Shown piece after piece: positions 17,828 to 27,916 of a stretch of 50,625 nt of DNA (positions are counted from its first letter, which is position 1; each line of letters begins with the position of its first letter). A program made the translations under genes and the position numbers. The stretch covers positions 1-50,625 of the forward strand of contig USOV01000001.1 in assembly GCA_900556455.1 (NCBI GenBank), in the 5' to 3' direction. Origin of the DNA: an uncultured Clostridium sp. GTDB lineage: Bacteria > Bacillota > Clostridia > TANB77 > CAG-508. The notes under the pieces are model-generated. The model did no database searches, was not told the origin of the DNA, and saw nothing but the letters and a program-made list of their open reading frames with translations.

Positions 17828-19174
17828 CTAACAATAAATTTCAAATTGCTGTTTAAAATATTTTTCAGATTTTGTTGTATATAAATCTAAGTTATTATTT
17901 CTTTTAACAGTTTGTCTTACTTCCCATAAACCAAGCCCATGGTTTTTAACATCTTCACTTTTCTTTGATGTTTTACCCTTTTCAAAAATTTCATCTATGT
18001 TTACATCTTTATTCATGTATGTATTTTCTATAATAAATAATTGCTTATTTTTCTTATTATCTTTTCTAAAAGTAATAGTAATTTCTTTTTCTTCACACTG
18101 TTTGGCAGCATCAATTGCATTATCAATTAAAATTCCTAATATTCTAGTTAACTCATAAATTTTCATATTTATTGTAGATAAATCCATAAATATTTCTAAA
18201 TTAAATTTAATTCCAAGTTCTGCAGCATCATGGTACTTAGCAGTAAGTAAACTATAAATTGCAGGATTATTAATAACTTCAGGACTTAATAACGCTAGAT
18301 TATTAACTTTTTGACAGTCATCTAAAACTTGAGAATAGTATTCTTTCAATCCATCCATGTTGTTTGTAGCAATATATCCACCTATACCTTGAACAATATT
18401 ATTAAAATCATGTTTAAAACCACGAATTTTATCATATAAAACAGTTAAAGTTTTATTATATAATTTTTCTTCTTCCAATTTCTCAGTAGTTACCTCTAAC
18501 TGTATTGTCCTAGACAAACTATATATATTAATAAAGAAATATAATAGTAATGTGACCATACCAACTATTAGCAAACCTAAAGAAATTGTCTCAATATATG
18601 AAAATAATATAAAATATTGTATCGCAATAGCTAAAAGCCCTATTAATGTATTAATTAATAAAATATTATTATGCTTTAAGGTAGATAAGATGTTTACTTT
18701 TTTTATTATAAAAATCAGAGTTAATATATAAACTATAATATAATTCAAAACAGATAAAACAAATTTATAAATAGGGACATATATAATTTGTTCTGTAGTT
18801 AAACCAAATACTAACACACAAAACTTCTGAATAAACAAAGAAGTTAGAATAAATAAAATATATGGGATAATTTCTGCTAAAATAGCTTTTAATAAATTGG
18901 TTTTATAAATTAAAATTACCAGTATAGGACAAGCAAGTATATTTATAAATGTATTAAAAGGAGAAGGAACTATAAATGCAGATATAATAGCAATACATGA
19001 GAATATAAGTACATATAAAAAGTTTTGCTTTTTAGTAGATTTAATTTTAAGAATAGTAGTAAATAATAACATTGAAATATAAACTTCAATAAAAGTAAGA
19101 GGAGAACATATAATTTTTGTAATTAACTCACTTTCAGTTATTAACACACTCCAAATTGTTTGTAGAATTTCCAT
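17828..19174 (-). CDS. AgrC-like sensor histidine kinase (multi-TM sensor plus GHKL ATPase).
   Basis: There are about 6 N-terminal TM helices, then FKHDFNNIVQGI (H-box-like), LGILIDNAIDA (N-box) and NHGLGLWEV (G-box). GGAGGT precedes the ATG at 19174. The track start at 19216 lies inside the RR gene. Confidence 0.85.
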   Translation of the reverse strand: MEILQTIWSVLITESELITKIICSPLTFIEVYISMLLFTTILKIKSTKKQNFLYVLIFSCIAIISAFIVPSPFNTFINILACPILVILIYKTNLLKAILAEIIPYILFILTSLFIQKFCVLVFGLTTEQIIYVPIYKFVLSVLNYIIVYILTLIFIIKKVNILSTLKHNNILLINTLIGLLAIAIQYFILFSYIETISLGLLIVGMVTLLLYFFINIYSLSRTIQLEVTTEKLEEEKLYNKTLTVLYDKIRGFKHDFNNIVQGIGGYIATNNMDGLKEYYSQVLDDCQKVNNLALLSPEVINNPAIYSLLTAKYHDAAELGIKFNLEIFMDLSTINMKIYELTRILGILIDNAIDAAKQCEEKEITITFRKDNKKNKQLFIIENTYMNKDVNIDEIFEKGKTSKKSEDVKNHGLGLWEVRQTVKRNNNLDLYTTKSEKYFKQQFEIYC

Positions 19175-19868
19175 TTTTAAATACCTCCATAAAATTTGTT
19201 TTATATTTTGCTCCAATTGTGCACGAGCAATTATTTTTTAATTCTAAAATATTTTCACTAAAATTCAGTTTTTTAACATTATTGACATTTACAATATAAG
19301 ACTTATGACATCTTACAAAATTGTCCGGTAGACAATCCTTGAACTTAGAAAAAGAACTATAAGTTTCATAATTATCCTCATTTGTACAAAAGACTAATTT
19401 CATACCGTCTTTTTTAATGTAATAGATATCATTTGCGTTAATTATAGTTCTATTATTATTTAATTTTATAAATTGATTAGGTTTTAATGTCATATCTTCT
19501 ACTAAACGTAACATAGTTTCTTCTAGTCGTTCAGCTACAATGGGTTTAACAAGATAATCAAAGGTTTTGTATTTATAGGCAAGAAGGGCATATTCTAAAT
19601 GACCTGTTAAAAAGATAATATAAATATTTTTATTGCTTTTTCTGATTAAATCTGCAATATCACAGCCAGTTAAATCAGAATTTAAGTTAATGTCTAAAAA
19701 TAATACATCAACTTTATTGTTTTCTACATATTCTAAAATATCGTGTGGATTAGATGCTGAGTAGCTTATTTCTGCTTCAATATTATTTTTAATAAAAATA
19801 GATTCTAACAGTTTTGATAGTCTCTTTAATGATGGGATACTGTCATCACACAGAACAAAATTTAACAT
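19134..19868 (-). CDS. LytTR-family response regulator (AgrA-like).
   Basis: A receiver domain (VLCDD...VDVLFLDINL) is joined to a C-terminal LytTR domain (IYYIKKDGMKLVFCT...FVRCHKSYIVNVNNV). Confidence 0.9.
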   Translation of the reverse strand: MLNFVLCDDSIPSLKRLSKLLESIFIKNNIEAEISYSASNPHDILEYVENNKVDVLFLDINLNSDLTGCDIADLIRKSNKNIYIIFLTGHLEYALLAYKYKTFDYLVKPIVAERLEETMLRLVEDMTLKPNQFIKLNNNRTIINANDIYYIKKDGMKLVFCTNEDNYETYSSFSKFKDCLPDNFVRCHKSYIVNVNNVKKLNFSENILELKNNCSCTIGAKYKTNFMEVFKNGNSTNNLECVNN

Positions 19869-20144
19869 TTACATCACCAACTAATAAACCTGGAAACATG
19901 CGAAATTTAGGGGAAAAAAGCAACCAATAAAGCAATAAAAAAATTCCTATTTTTTCCAGAACTATAATAACTATAATCTAATTTTGGGGTGATGTCAAGT
20001 GTAAAATGTCAAAAAATGTAAAAAACAACTAAGAGATAAATATTGATATATAAGTTAATAAAACAGCTGCAAAAATTACAGGAAAAACATTATCATAATT
20101 CAAAAAATGAAAACATAAAATTAGGGGAAGGAGAAAAGTGAATT

Positions 20145-20954
20145 ATGAAAAAAAAGGTATTTTTGTTTAGCATATGCTTAGTATTTACATTCCTATTTGG
20201 TTTAGCTGCAATGAATTCAAATGAAAGTAGAAACCTAACAGTTACTACTGCATCTGAAGCACTTAGTAATAAAAAGATAGGTTGGGGTATAAAAAGAAAC
20301 GATAACCATGACCAGCCAGATTTGGGTTCAAATAACAAAAAATTAATAGATGAAAATGAAGATATAGCAATGGGAAATACGGAAGATAAATATGTATATT
20401 TAACTTTTGATAATGGATATGAAGCAGGATATACTAATCAAATTTTAGATACATTAAAGGCAAATAATGTAAAAGCTGCATTTTTTATAACTGGACATTA
20501 CTTAAATACACAGCCAGAACTAGTCGAAAGAATGATAAATGAGGGGCATATTGTAGGGAACCACACCGTCAACCATTATAGTATGCCAGACTTATCAGAT
20601 GAGGAAATAAAAAAAGAAATTCAAACATTACATACTGCGGTATATGAAAAATTTAATTATGAGATGAAATACTTAAGACCGCCAAAGGGAGAGTTTAGCC
20701 AAAGAACATTAAGTATTACAAAAAATCTAGGATATAAAACAGTAATGTGGAGCTTTGCATATGATGATTGGGATGAGAAAAAACAAGGAAGAGAAGAATA
20801 TGCAAAAGAAAAAATACTTTCCAATGTGCACAATGGATGTGTTATGCTACTACACGCAAATTCAAAGGATAACAGTAACATTTTAAACGATATAATTGGT
20901 CAAATAAAAAATATGGGATATGAGTTTAAAACATTAGATGAATTCAAAAGATAG
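20145..20954 (+). CDS. pdaA: Spore-cortex delta-lactam biosynthetic polysaccharide deacetylase.
   Basis: A signal peptide is present. WGIKRNDNHDQPD...YLTFDNGYEAGYT...FFITGHYL...GHIVGNHTVNH...YLRPPKGEFS...LLHA is collinear with B. subtilis PdaA as I recall it. Confidence 0.85.
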   Translation: MKKKVFLFSICLVFTFLFGLAAMNSNESRNLTVTTASEALSNKKIGWGIKRNDNHDQPDLGSNNKKLIDENEDIAMGNTEDKYVYLTFDNGYEAGYTNQILDTLKANNVKAAFFITGHYLNTQPELVERMINEGHIVGNHTVNHYSMPDLSDEEIKKEIQTLHTAVYEKFNYEMKYLRPPKGEFSQRTLSITKNLGYKTVMWSFAYDDWDEKKQGREEYAKEKILSNVHNGCVMLLHANSKDNSNILNDIIGQIKNMGYEFKTLDEFKR

Positions 20955-21014
20955 TCTGCCAAATTTTGACTAGGGTAAGACATTAAGCTTTAAATTAGAA
21001 TAAAAGGAGAACAT

Positions 21015-21287
21015 ATGAATAGAAAAGTAAATAAATTTGCGCAAATGTTAGATATGCCAAGGGAATTAGATAAAAAACAGACAAAAGTAACTATAATTTC
21101 TTTTGATGAAATTTTAATAGAAAATTACAAAGGCATTATGGAATATGAGGAATTTTGTGTAAAAATAAATACAGAAATCGGAATTATAAATATAAATGGA
21201 TTTAATCTGAATTTGGAACAAATGACAAATGAAGATGTTTTAGTAAAAGGAGTAATAAACAGTATAGATTTAGAAAGGGTAAGCTAA
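21015..21287 (+). CDS. yqfC: Sporulation protein YqfC.
   Basis: The 90-aa protein (MLDMPRELDKKQTKVTIISFDEILIENYKGIMEYEE...) lies immediately upstream of yqfD. Confidence 0.85.
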   Translation: MNRKVNKFAQMLDMPRELDKKQTKVTIISFDEILIENYKGIMEYEEFCVKINTEIGIININGFNLNLEQMTNEDVLVKGVINSIDLERVS

Positions 21288-22471
21288 TGATTTTTAAAAT
21301 ACTTATTTTTTATATATTAGGTTATTTAAATATAGAAGTAGAGGGAATTTTTGTAGAAAGATTTATAAATATTTGTAAAAGCAAAGGCATTTTATTATGG
21401 AATGTAAAAATGGAAAAAGGAGTAATCCTTCATGCCAATATTGGAATTAGAGATTATAAAAACATAAGGCCAATTGCAAAAAAAACTGGTACAAAAATTA
21501 GAATTAAGAAAAAACATGGAAATCCTTTTATACTAAAAAAATATAAAAAAAGAAAAACTTTTGTAGCAATATTAATTTTAGCAATTGTATTAATTAGCAC
21601 AATGGCAAATTTTGTATGGAATATAGACATTTCGGGGAATGAAAATATATCAAAAGAAGAAATTGTTACAGCACTAGAGGAGGAGGGTTTAAAAACTGGT
21701 GTGTATAAAGGAAAAATAGATGCAAATTCAGTTATACAGAATATAAGGCTAAAAAGAAATGATATTGCATGGATGGGAATTACAATTGAAGGAACAAATG
21801 CAAAAGTAAAAATAAAAGAAAGTACAGAAGCACCTAATATTATAGAAGAAGATGAGTTTTGCAATATTATTGCAGATAAAAGCGGGATGATTACAAAAAT
21901 AAATGCTCAAAATGGTACGGTGGCTGTAAAAGAAGGAGATATTGTAAAACAGGGAGATATTTTAGTAAATGGCTATTTAGAGGGAAAATATACTGGTTTT
22001 AGGTATGTTCATGCTTTAGCAAATATAGAAGCAAAAGTATGGTACTCAAAAAAAGAAAAAATTTATTTAACACAGCAAGTCCCTACGGACACAGGAAATA
22101 CCGAGGAAAAATATAGCCTAAGTATAAATGATTTTAAAATAAATTTTTATAAAACCCTTTCAAAATTTGAAAATTATGATACAATATATAAAAGCAAAAG
22201 ATTAAAGTTATTTTCTAATTTTTATTTACCAGTAGAAATATTAAAAATAACAAATAAAGAGTATGAGATAAAGAATGTAACATATACGGAAGAAGCAATT
22301 ATCGAGATTTGGACACCTAAAATAGAAGAAGAACTAAGAAAACAAATTGAAAATCAAGATAATATTATAAATAAACAAACAAACATATATGAAAATGAAG
22401 GGTATATAGAAATAGAAGTTATTTATGAAGTGCTTGAAACTATTGGAGTTGAAGACAAAATTGTTTTTTGA
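21287..22471 (+). CDS. yqfD: Sporulation protein YqfD (stage IV).
   Basis: The 394-aa protein has a central TM helix and the typical YqfD layout (YLNIEVEGIFVERFINICKSKGILLWNV...). It overlaps the yqfC stop codon. Confidence 0.85.
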   Translation: MIFKILIFYILGYLNIEVEGIFVERFINICKSKGILLWNVKMEKGVILHANIGIRDYKNIRPIAKKTGTKIRIKKKHGNPFILKKYKKRKTFVAILILAIVLISTMANFVWNIDISGNENISKEEIVTALEEEGLKTGVYKGKIDANSVIQNIRLKRNDIAWMGITIEGTNAKVKIKESTEAPNIIEEDEFCNIIADKSGMITKINAQNGTVAVKEGDIVKQGDILVNGYLEGKYTGFRYVHALANIEAKVWYSKKEKIYLTQQVPTDTGNTEEKYSLSINDFKINFYKTLSKFENYDTIYKSKRLKLFSNFYLPVEILKITNKEYEIKNVTYTEEAIIEIWTPKIEEELRKQIENQDNIINKQTNIYENEGYIEIEVIYEVLETIGVEDKIVF

Positions 22472-22543
22472 CGGTGGAGGCAACTAGCGATTGCCTACTA
22501 CATCAAAAATCATACTGAAAAATGAAAAATGGAGGGTGAGAAA

Positions 22544-23752
22544 ATGGAGCAAAGAAGTTTGCGCGTAGTTGAAACAAATAAAACGTTTTTTAACAAAATA
22601 ACTAACACGCTTTCCAAATTATTAGTTCCTACTAGAATAGGATTAAACAGCATGATGATTTCTATGAAAAGGAATAGTTTGTTAAAAGCATATGTAAGCT
22701 ATATGGGAGCTCAAGATGAAGCTAAAAAAGAATTAGCAGCTAAAAAATATGAAGATGCATATTCATTATATTTAGAAGTAATTGATAAAAATATAATGGA
22801 TTCGGTTTATAAAAAAGTAAAAAATAATATAGCAACAAATTTTGAAAAAGAGGCTCTAGCAAAATATTATTTTGTAGTTAGCTTAAAAAATACAAATTAT
22901 ATAGAATACAAATATAAAAAACAAGAATATTTACTACATGTAGATTATGAAACAGCTAGCAATATAAAAAAAGAAAGCTTATTAAAAACTTATAAAGAAT
23001 TTTATGTTTATAAAATGGATTCTTTATATAAGGGGTTATTAAAAAATTACTCAGTTGAAATTAGTGATAATTTAAGAAAGGACAAGTCATCTGAAAAAAC
23101 ATTTGAAAAGATTTTTAGTAGCCTAGAAACTTATGTGTCTGAAATTTTGCCAATAAAAATGGCATTAGATAGTGAAAATACTAAATATAAAGAAGAATAT
23201 GAAAAATATGAAGAAGCTGCATTAGGAAAATTAAATGAACAAGAAAAAATACTTAAAAACATGACATTAGTTGGAATAAGCAGAACATTTTTCACACACA
23301 GTTTACCACTCGCTGCAACTGAAAGATGTTATATTGAACTTATGAAGCAAGTTAGAGACATAATAGTACACGAAAATACTAAAACAAAAAGAAAAAAAGC
23401 ATATGAAACACTAGTAAAAATTATAGAAGAATATAATTTAAAATTATTATCAACAAAAGTATATTGGGACAACCCAGATGAAAAATCAAAATATAAAATG
23501 TTTTGGGATAAATACAATAAAATAAACAAGATAGAAGATGAAGAAGAAAGATATAAACAAAAATTAATAATTTTCTTAAAAGAAGACATAAAAAAATTGT
23601 ACATAAATAAGAGAAAATATAAAAAGATAATAAACTTACATAAAGAATATTTAGTTGAACTTGGTGCAATGAGGGTATTCAAAAATAAATGTAAAACTAC
23701 AGAACAGTTACTTAAAGGAAATATGAAATTAGCAATTAATAAATGTAGATAG
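22544..23752 (+). CDS. Hypothetical Lys/Glu-rich, probably coiled-coil protein with no recognisable domain.
   Basis: GGAGGGTGAG precedes the ATG at 22544. The 402-aa ORF has native AT-rich codon usage and sits between yqfD and ybeY. Confidence 0.55.
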   Translation: MEQRSLRVVETNKTFFNKITNTLSKLLVPTRIGLNSMMISMKRNSLLKAYVSYMGAQDEAKKELAAKKYEDAYSLYLEVIDKNIMDSVYKKVKNNIATNFEKEALAKYYFVVSLKNTNYIEYKYKKQEYLLHVDYETASNIKKESLLKTYKEFYVYKMDSLYKGLLKNYSVEISDNLRKDKSSEKTFEKIFSSLETYVSEILPIKMALDSENTKYKEEYEKYEEAALGKLNEQEKILKNMTLVGISRTFFTHSLPLAATERCYIELMKQVRDIIVHENTKTKRKKAYETLVKIIEEYNLKLLSTKVYWDNPDEKSKYKMFWDKYNKINKIEDEEERYKQKLIIFLKEDIKKLYINKRKYKKIINLHKEYLVELGAMRVFKNKCKTTEQLLKGNMKLAINKCR

Positions 23753-23767
23753 TCACACTTATAAGAT

Positions 23768-24259
23768 GTGGCAGATGGGATGGAGAATATGGAACATGCA
23801 GAAATAAACTTTTTAGAAATAGAGGAAAATGAGGAATACGAAAAACACATAAAATACATAATAAATGAATGCTTTAAGGAAGAAAAACTAAATAGCAAAC
23901 AGTTATATATAAATGTAGTTCTAACAACACCAGAAAACATTAGAAAAATCAATAAAGAACAAAGAAATATAGATAAAGAAACAGATGTATTATCATTCCC
24001 AATGTTTGAAAAAGAGGAAATAAAGCAAATACCAGATAATCAATTCGATGTATTAGGAGATATAGTTATATCAATAGATAGAGTAAAAGAACAAGCAATA
24101 GAATATGGACATAGCTTTGAAAGAGAACTATCTTATATGGTAGTACATGGATTTTACCACATTCTAGGATATGACCATATGGTAGAAGAAGATAAAATAA
24201 AAATGAGAGAAAAAGAAGAAAATATATTAAACAAATTAAAGATAACTAGGGAGGTATAA
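23768..24259 (+). CDS. ybeY: rRNA maturation endoribonuclease YbeY.
   Basis: The metal-binding motif HGFYHILGYDH and the segment TDVLSFPM are present. The start is uncertain (GTG 23768, ATG 23780 or ATG 23789). Confidence 0.9.
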   Translation: MADGMENMEHAEINFLEIEENEEYEKHIKYIINECFKEEKLNSKQLYINVVLTTPENIRKINKEQRNIDKETDVLSFPMFEKEEIKQIPDNQFDVLGDIVISIDRVKEQAIEYGHSFERELSYMVVHGFYHILGYDHMVEEDKIKMREKEENILNKLKITREV

Positions 24260-24261
24260 AA

Positions 24262-25380
24262 ATGGAAAGAAGAGGACAAAGAACAAGTAATAATAGTGGA
24301 AAAAGAATAGTAATAGTACTAATCATAGCAGTGTTAATATTAGCCGCAATGTTTTTAGTAAAATATTTAAAAGGTGAAAAAGAAGTATCAAATAATGTAA
24401 TAGAAAACAATGGAGAACAAAAAGAAATAATAGTTAAAAAGTTGAAAATAGTAGATGAAGATTCAAAATCTAGACCATATGCAGTCATGATAAATAATAA
24501 TCATGCAGCATGGCCACAATGTGGAATTCAAGATGCATATTTAGTATATGAAATAATATCTGAAGGTGGAATAACTAGAATGATGGCTCTTTATAAAGAC
24601 CAAGATACTGCAAAGATAGGTTCTATAAGAAGTGCAAGACATTATTTTATAGACTATGCAGAAGAAAATGATGCAATATTCGTACATTGGGGAGGAAGTC
24701 CACAAGCATATTCAAGATTAAACCAAGGAATAGATTCATTAGATGGTATAGCATTAGAAGGTTCAGTATTTTTTAGAGATAAAACATTAAAAAGAGATTA
24801 TGAACATACAGGATTTACAAGTATGGAAAATGTAAAAGAATATGCTAAAAAACAAGGGTATACAAGAGATACAAATAAGGATTTACTTTTAAACTACTCT
24901 GTAGATGAAATAGATTTATCTGCTTTAACTGGGGCAGAAAGTGCTGTAGAAGTGAAAATAAAATATTCAGATTATCACACAACAAGTTATGAATATGATG
25001 AAGAAAACAAAGTTTATAAAAGAAGCATGAGCGGAAAAGCAAATGTAGACTTAGAAACTGGAGAACAATACACAGCAAAAAATATAATAGTTTATAGTGT
25101 ACAAAATTACACACTTAATGATGGAGAAAATAAAGGAAGACAAGAATTAAACAACATTGGAAGCGGAAATGGATATTATATAACAGATGGATATGCAATT
25201 CCAATTACATGGGAAAAAACATCACATAGTGGACAAACTGTGTATAAATATGCAGACGGAACAGAAATAACTGTAAATGACGGAAACACATTTATACAAA
25301 TATATCCAAAAACTGGTGACTTAACAATAACACCAAAAGTAGAAGAAGTAACAACAGAGGGAAATAATATAATTCAATAA
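24262..25380 (+). CDS. DUF3048 (YerB-like) membrane-anchored protein.
   Basis: The protein has an N-terminal TM helix. PYAVMINNNHAAWPQCGIQDAYLVYEIISEGGITRMMALY is typical of DUF3048. Confidence 0.7.
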   Translation: MERRGQRTSNNSGKRIVIVLIIAVLILAAMFLVKYLKGEKEVSNNVIENNGEQKEIIVKKLKIVDEDSKSRPYAVMINNNHAAWPQCGIQDAYLVYEIISEGGITRMMALYKDQDTAKIGSIRSARHYFIDYAEENDAIFVHWGGSPQAYSRLNQGIDSLDGIALEGSVFFRDKTLKRDYEHTGFTSMENVKEYAKKQGYTRDTNKDLLLNYSVDEIDLSALTGAESAVEVKIKYSDYHTTSYEYDEENKVYKRSMSGKANVDLETGEQYTAKNIIVYSVQNYTLNDGENKGRQELNNIGSGNGYYITDGYAIPITWEKTSHSGQTVYKYADGTEITVNDGNTFIQIYPKTGDLTITPKVEEVTTEGNNIIQ

Positions 25381-25451
25381 TAAAATAAATTTTAAAAATT
25401 GCTAAATTCTACAAATTTAGCAATTTTTACGATATATAATATGGAGGAAAC

Positions 25452-26354
25452 ATGGAAAACTTTAAATCAGGATTTGTTTCAATAGTAGGAAGAACAAATG
25501 TAGGAAAATCAACACTATTAAATGCTCTAGTAGGAGAAAAAGTTGCAATTACAACAAGTAAAAGCCAAACAACAAGAACAGCTATAAAAGCAATAGTAAA
25601 CAGGGAAAATTCTCAAATAATTTTTATAGACACCCCAGGAATTCATAAACCAAAAACAAAATTAGGGAATATAATGTTAGAAACAGCATGGGGAACAATA
25701 TCAAATGTAGATGTTACATTATTTGTTGTAGATGGAAGTAAACAAGACCTAGGAAAAGGAGACAGAATAATACTAGAAAAAATAAAAGAGGCAAAAGCTA
25801 AAACAATATTAGTTATAAATAAAGTAGATTTACTAAAAAAAGAAGATATTTTTAAACTAATTGAAAACTACAAAGATGAATATGATTTTGAAGCAATAAT
25901 TCCAATTTCAGCAGAAAGACAAAAAAACATAAATGAATTGCTTGATGAAATTGAAAAATATATACCAGAAGGCCCAATGTATTATGATATAGATGAATAT
26001 ACAGATCAAACAGGAAGACAATTAGTAGAAGAAGTAATCAGAGAAAAAGCTCTAAAATTATTAGATGAAGAAATACCACACGGAATTTATGTAGAAGTAG
26101 AAAAAATGAATTTAAGAAATACTACAAAAGGTGAAGAAATATACGATGTAGAAGCAATAATATATTGTTTAAGGGATTCTCATAAAGGTATTATAATAGG
26201 AAAAAATGGAGCAATGCTAAAAAGAATAGGAACATATGCAAGACAAGATTTAGAAAAAATGCTGCAAACAAAAATTAATTTAAAAATATGGGTAAAAGTA
26301 AATAACAACTGGCAAGACAATAATAGTATTGTAAAAAGATTTGAAAATAAATAG
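25452..26354 (+). CDS. era: GTPase Era.
   Basis: G1 (GRTNVGKST), G3 (DTPG), G4 (NKVD) and a C-terminal KH domain are present. Confidence 0.95.
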   Translation: MENFKSGFVSIVGRTNVGKSTLLNALVGEKVAITTSKSQTTRTAIKAIVNRENSQIIFIDTPGIHKPKTKLGNIMLETAWGTISNVDVTLFVVDGSKQDLGKGDRIILEKIKEAKAKTILVINKVDLLKKEDIFKLIENYKDEYDFEAIIPISAERQKNINELLDEIEKYIPEGPMYYDIDEYTDQTGRQLVEEVIREKALKLLDEEIPHGIYVEVEKMNLRNTTKGEEIYDVEAIIYCLRDSHKGIIIGKNGAMLKRIGTYARQDLEKMLQTKINLKIWVKVNNNWQDNNSIVKRFENK

Positions 26355-26442
26355 ATGATTATTTTCATCTTAAAATAAAAAAGAATAAAAAACTACAAAG
26401 CTACAAAAGATAAAAATGAAAACTAAAGGAGATGGTAGACTT

Positions 26443-26610
26443 ATGATAAAGCAAATGGCATGGAATACATTCAAGAAAACAGGTAATATAAACACATTTT
26501 TAGAACTAAAACAAGTATCAAATATAGAACAAAATATGATGCAAAATATAAAGGCGGAAAATAGTTATGAAAATTGTAAAAACGAAGGGAATAATAATTG
26601 CAGAACATAA
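26443..26610 (+). CDS. yqzL: YqzL-family small protein.
   Basis: MIKQMAWNTFKKTGNINTFLELKQV resembles the B. subtilis YqzL N-terminus. It occupies the conserved slot between era and recO. AAGGAG precedes the ATG at 26443. The 3' end overlaps recO. Confidence 0.6.
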   Translation: MIKQMAWNTFKKTGNINTFLELKQVSNIEQNMMQNIKAENSYENCKNEGNNNCRT

Positions 26611-27283
26611 TGTTGGGGATTTTGATAAAATGCTTACAATTTTAACCCCAAATTTAGGAAAAATTGAATGCTTAGCAAAAGGCTCAAGAAAACCAAAGAG
26701 CCTTTTGCTAGCTGGAAGTCAATTATTATGCTTTGGAGAATATATGCTTTACAAAGGTTCTGATAACTATAGTATGAATTCATGTGAAATAATAGAACTT
26801 TTTTACAAAATTAGAATTGACTTAGACAAGTTAAAATATGCGGCATACATAACAAAAATAATAAATGATGTAACAACAGAAAATCAAAATAACTATAGAA
26901 TTTTACAATTATACTTAAACACATTATATGTAATTGCAGAAAGTGACAAAGATTTAGAAATGACAGCAAGTATATTTAGATTAAGATTAATGTCTATAAT
27001 AGGTTTTAGACCGCAAATAGAAGAGTGCTCTATGTGCAAAACTAAAGAAAAACTAGAATATTTTAGTATAAGAGATTCTGGCTTTAAATGTAGGGCATGT
27101 GCAAAACAAGATGGTGGAGCAATAGAAATAAATGAAACTACCAAAGATGCAATTAAATACATAATTTTAGCAGATGCAAAAAAAATATATTCTTTTACAG
27201 TACCAACAAGTACACAAAAGGAATTAGAAATAATTTCAAAATTATATTTAACGGAAAATTTAGAAAAAGAATATAAAATGTAA
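26567..27283 (+). CDS. recO: DNA repair protein RecO.
   Basis: An OB-fold N-terminus (TKGIIIAEHNVGDFDKMLTILTPNLGKI) and a zinc-binding CxxC...CxxC (CSMCKTKE...FKCRAC) are present. Confidence 0.9.
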   Translation: MKIVKTKGIIIAEHNVGDFDKMLTILTPNLGKIECLAKGSRKPKSLLLAGSQLLCFGEYMLYKGSDNYSMNSCEIIELFYKIRIDLDKLKYAAYITKIINDVTTENQNNYRILQLYLNTLYVIAESDKDLEMTASIFRLRLMSIIGFRPQIEECSMCKTKEKLEYFSIRDSGFKCRACAKQDGGAIEINETTKDAIKYIILADAKKIYSFTVPTSTQKELEIISKLYLTENLEKEYKM

Positions 27284-27351
27284 AAAACATTTGCAAAATC
27301 AAATATGTTAATATATAATACTGTCATCAAAAAGAAGAAAGGAAGATTTTT

Positions 27352-27879
27352 ATGAATATAACAATATCAGGAAAAGATTTAAAAGCAACAGAGGCAATTA
27401 AAGATTATGCAGAAAAGAAAATGGAAAGATTAGTAAAATATTTTGGAGAAGATTTTGATGTAAATCTTACAATAAGAACAGAAAGGGAAGAACAAATAGC
27501 AGAAGTAGCAGTAAAAGCTAAAACAGATACATATAGAGCAGTTACAGCTCATAAAGATTTATATGCATCAATTGACAAAGATGTAGATATATTAGAAGGA
27601 CAAATAAGAAAAACAAAAACAAGAAAAGAAAAAGCAAACAAAGAAGACTCAATAAGAAACTTAAATGTTGATATGTCAATGCCAGAAATAGAAAACGAAA
27701 TAATAAAAACATTGTATTATGAGATAAAACCAATAACACCAGAAGATGCAATGTTAAAATTACAAGAAAAACCAGCAGACAGATTTATAACATTTGTAAA
27801 TTCAGAAACAAACAAAGTAAATGTATTATTCAAAATGAAAGATAATAAAAACTATGGTTTAGTAGAACCAGAAGCATAA
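27352..27879 (+). CDS. hpf: Ribosome hibernation promoting factor (long HPF).
   Basis: MNITISGKDLKATEAIKDYAEKKMERLVKYF... is joined to a C-terminal dimerisation domain (FITFVNSETNKVNVLFKMKDNKNYGLVEP). Confidence 0.9.
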   Translation: MNITISGKDLKATEAIKDYAEKKMERLVKYFGEDFDVNLTIRTEREEQIAEVAVKAKTDTYRAVTAHKDLYASIDKDVDILEGQIRKTKTRKEKANKEDSIRNLNVDMSMPEIENEIIKTLYYEIKPITPEDAMLKLQEKPADRFITFVNSETNKVNVLFKMKDNKNYGLVEPEA

Positions 27880-27916
27880 AAAAAGAGGGCAAGTTCTAAA
27901 ACTTGCCCTTACTTTT
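27878..27916. terminator. Terminator hairpin, copy A of a duplicated ~35-nt element.
   Basis: AAAAAAAG-AGGGCAAGTT-CTAA-AACTTGCCCT-TACTTTT is near-identical to 30636-30673. Confidence 0.75.

Noticed and set aside
19985-20030. Direct repeats ATGTCAA / ATGTCAA / ATGTAAA upstream of the response-regulator operon, considered as LytTR (AgrA-type) boxes.
   Set aside because: The spacing (about 14 and 10 nt) and the sequence do not match the 9-bp repeats separated by 12 nt that are known for AgrA/VirR-type sites. In sequence this AT-rich, such short repeats arise easily by chance.
23329-23952. A 207-aa minus-strand ORF spanning the end of the Lys-rich gene and the start of ybeY.
   Set aside because: It overlaps two well-supported plus-strand genes. 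It has low-complexity Phe/Ser/Ile-rich composition and no RBS.
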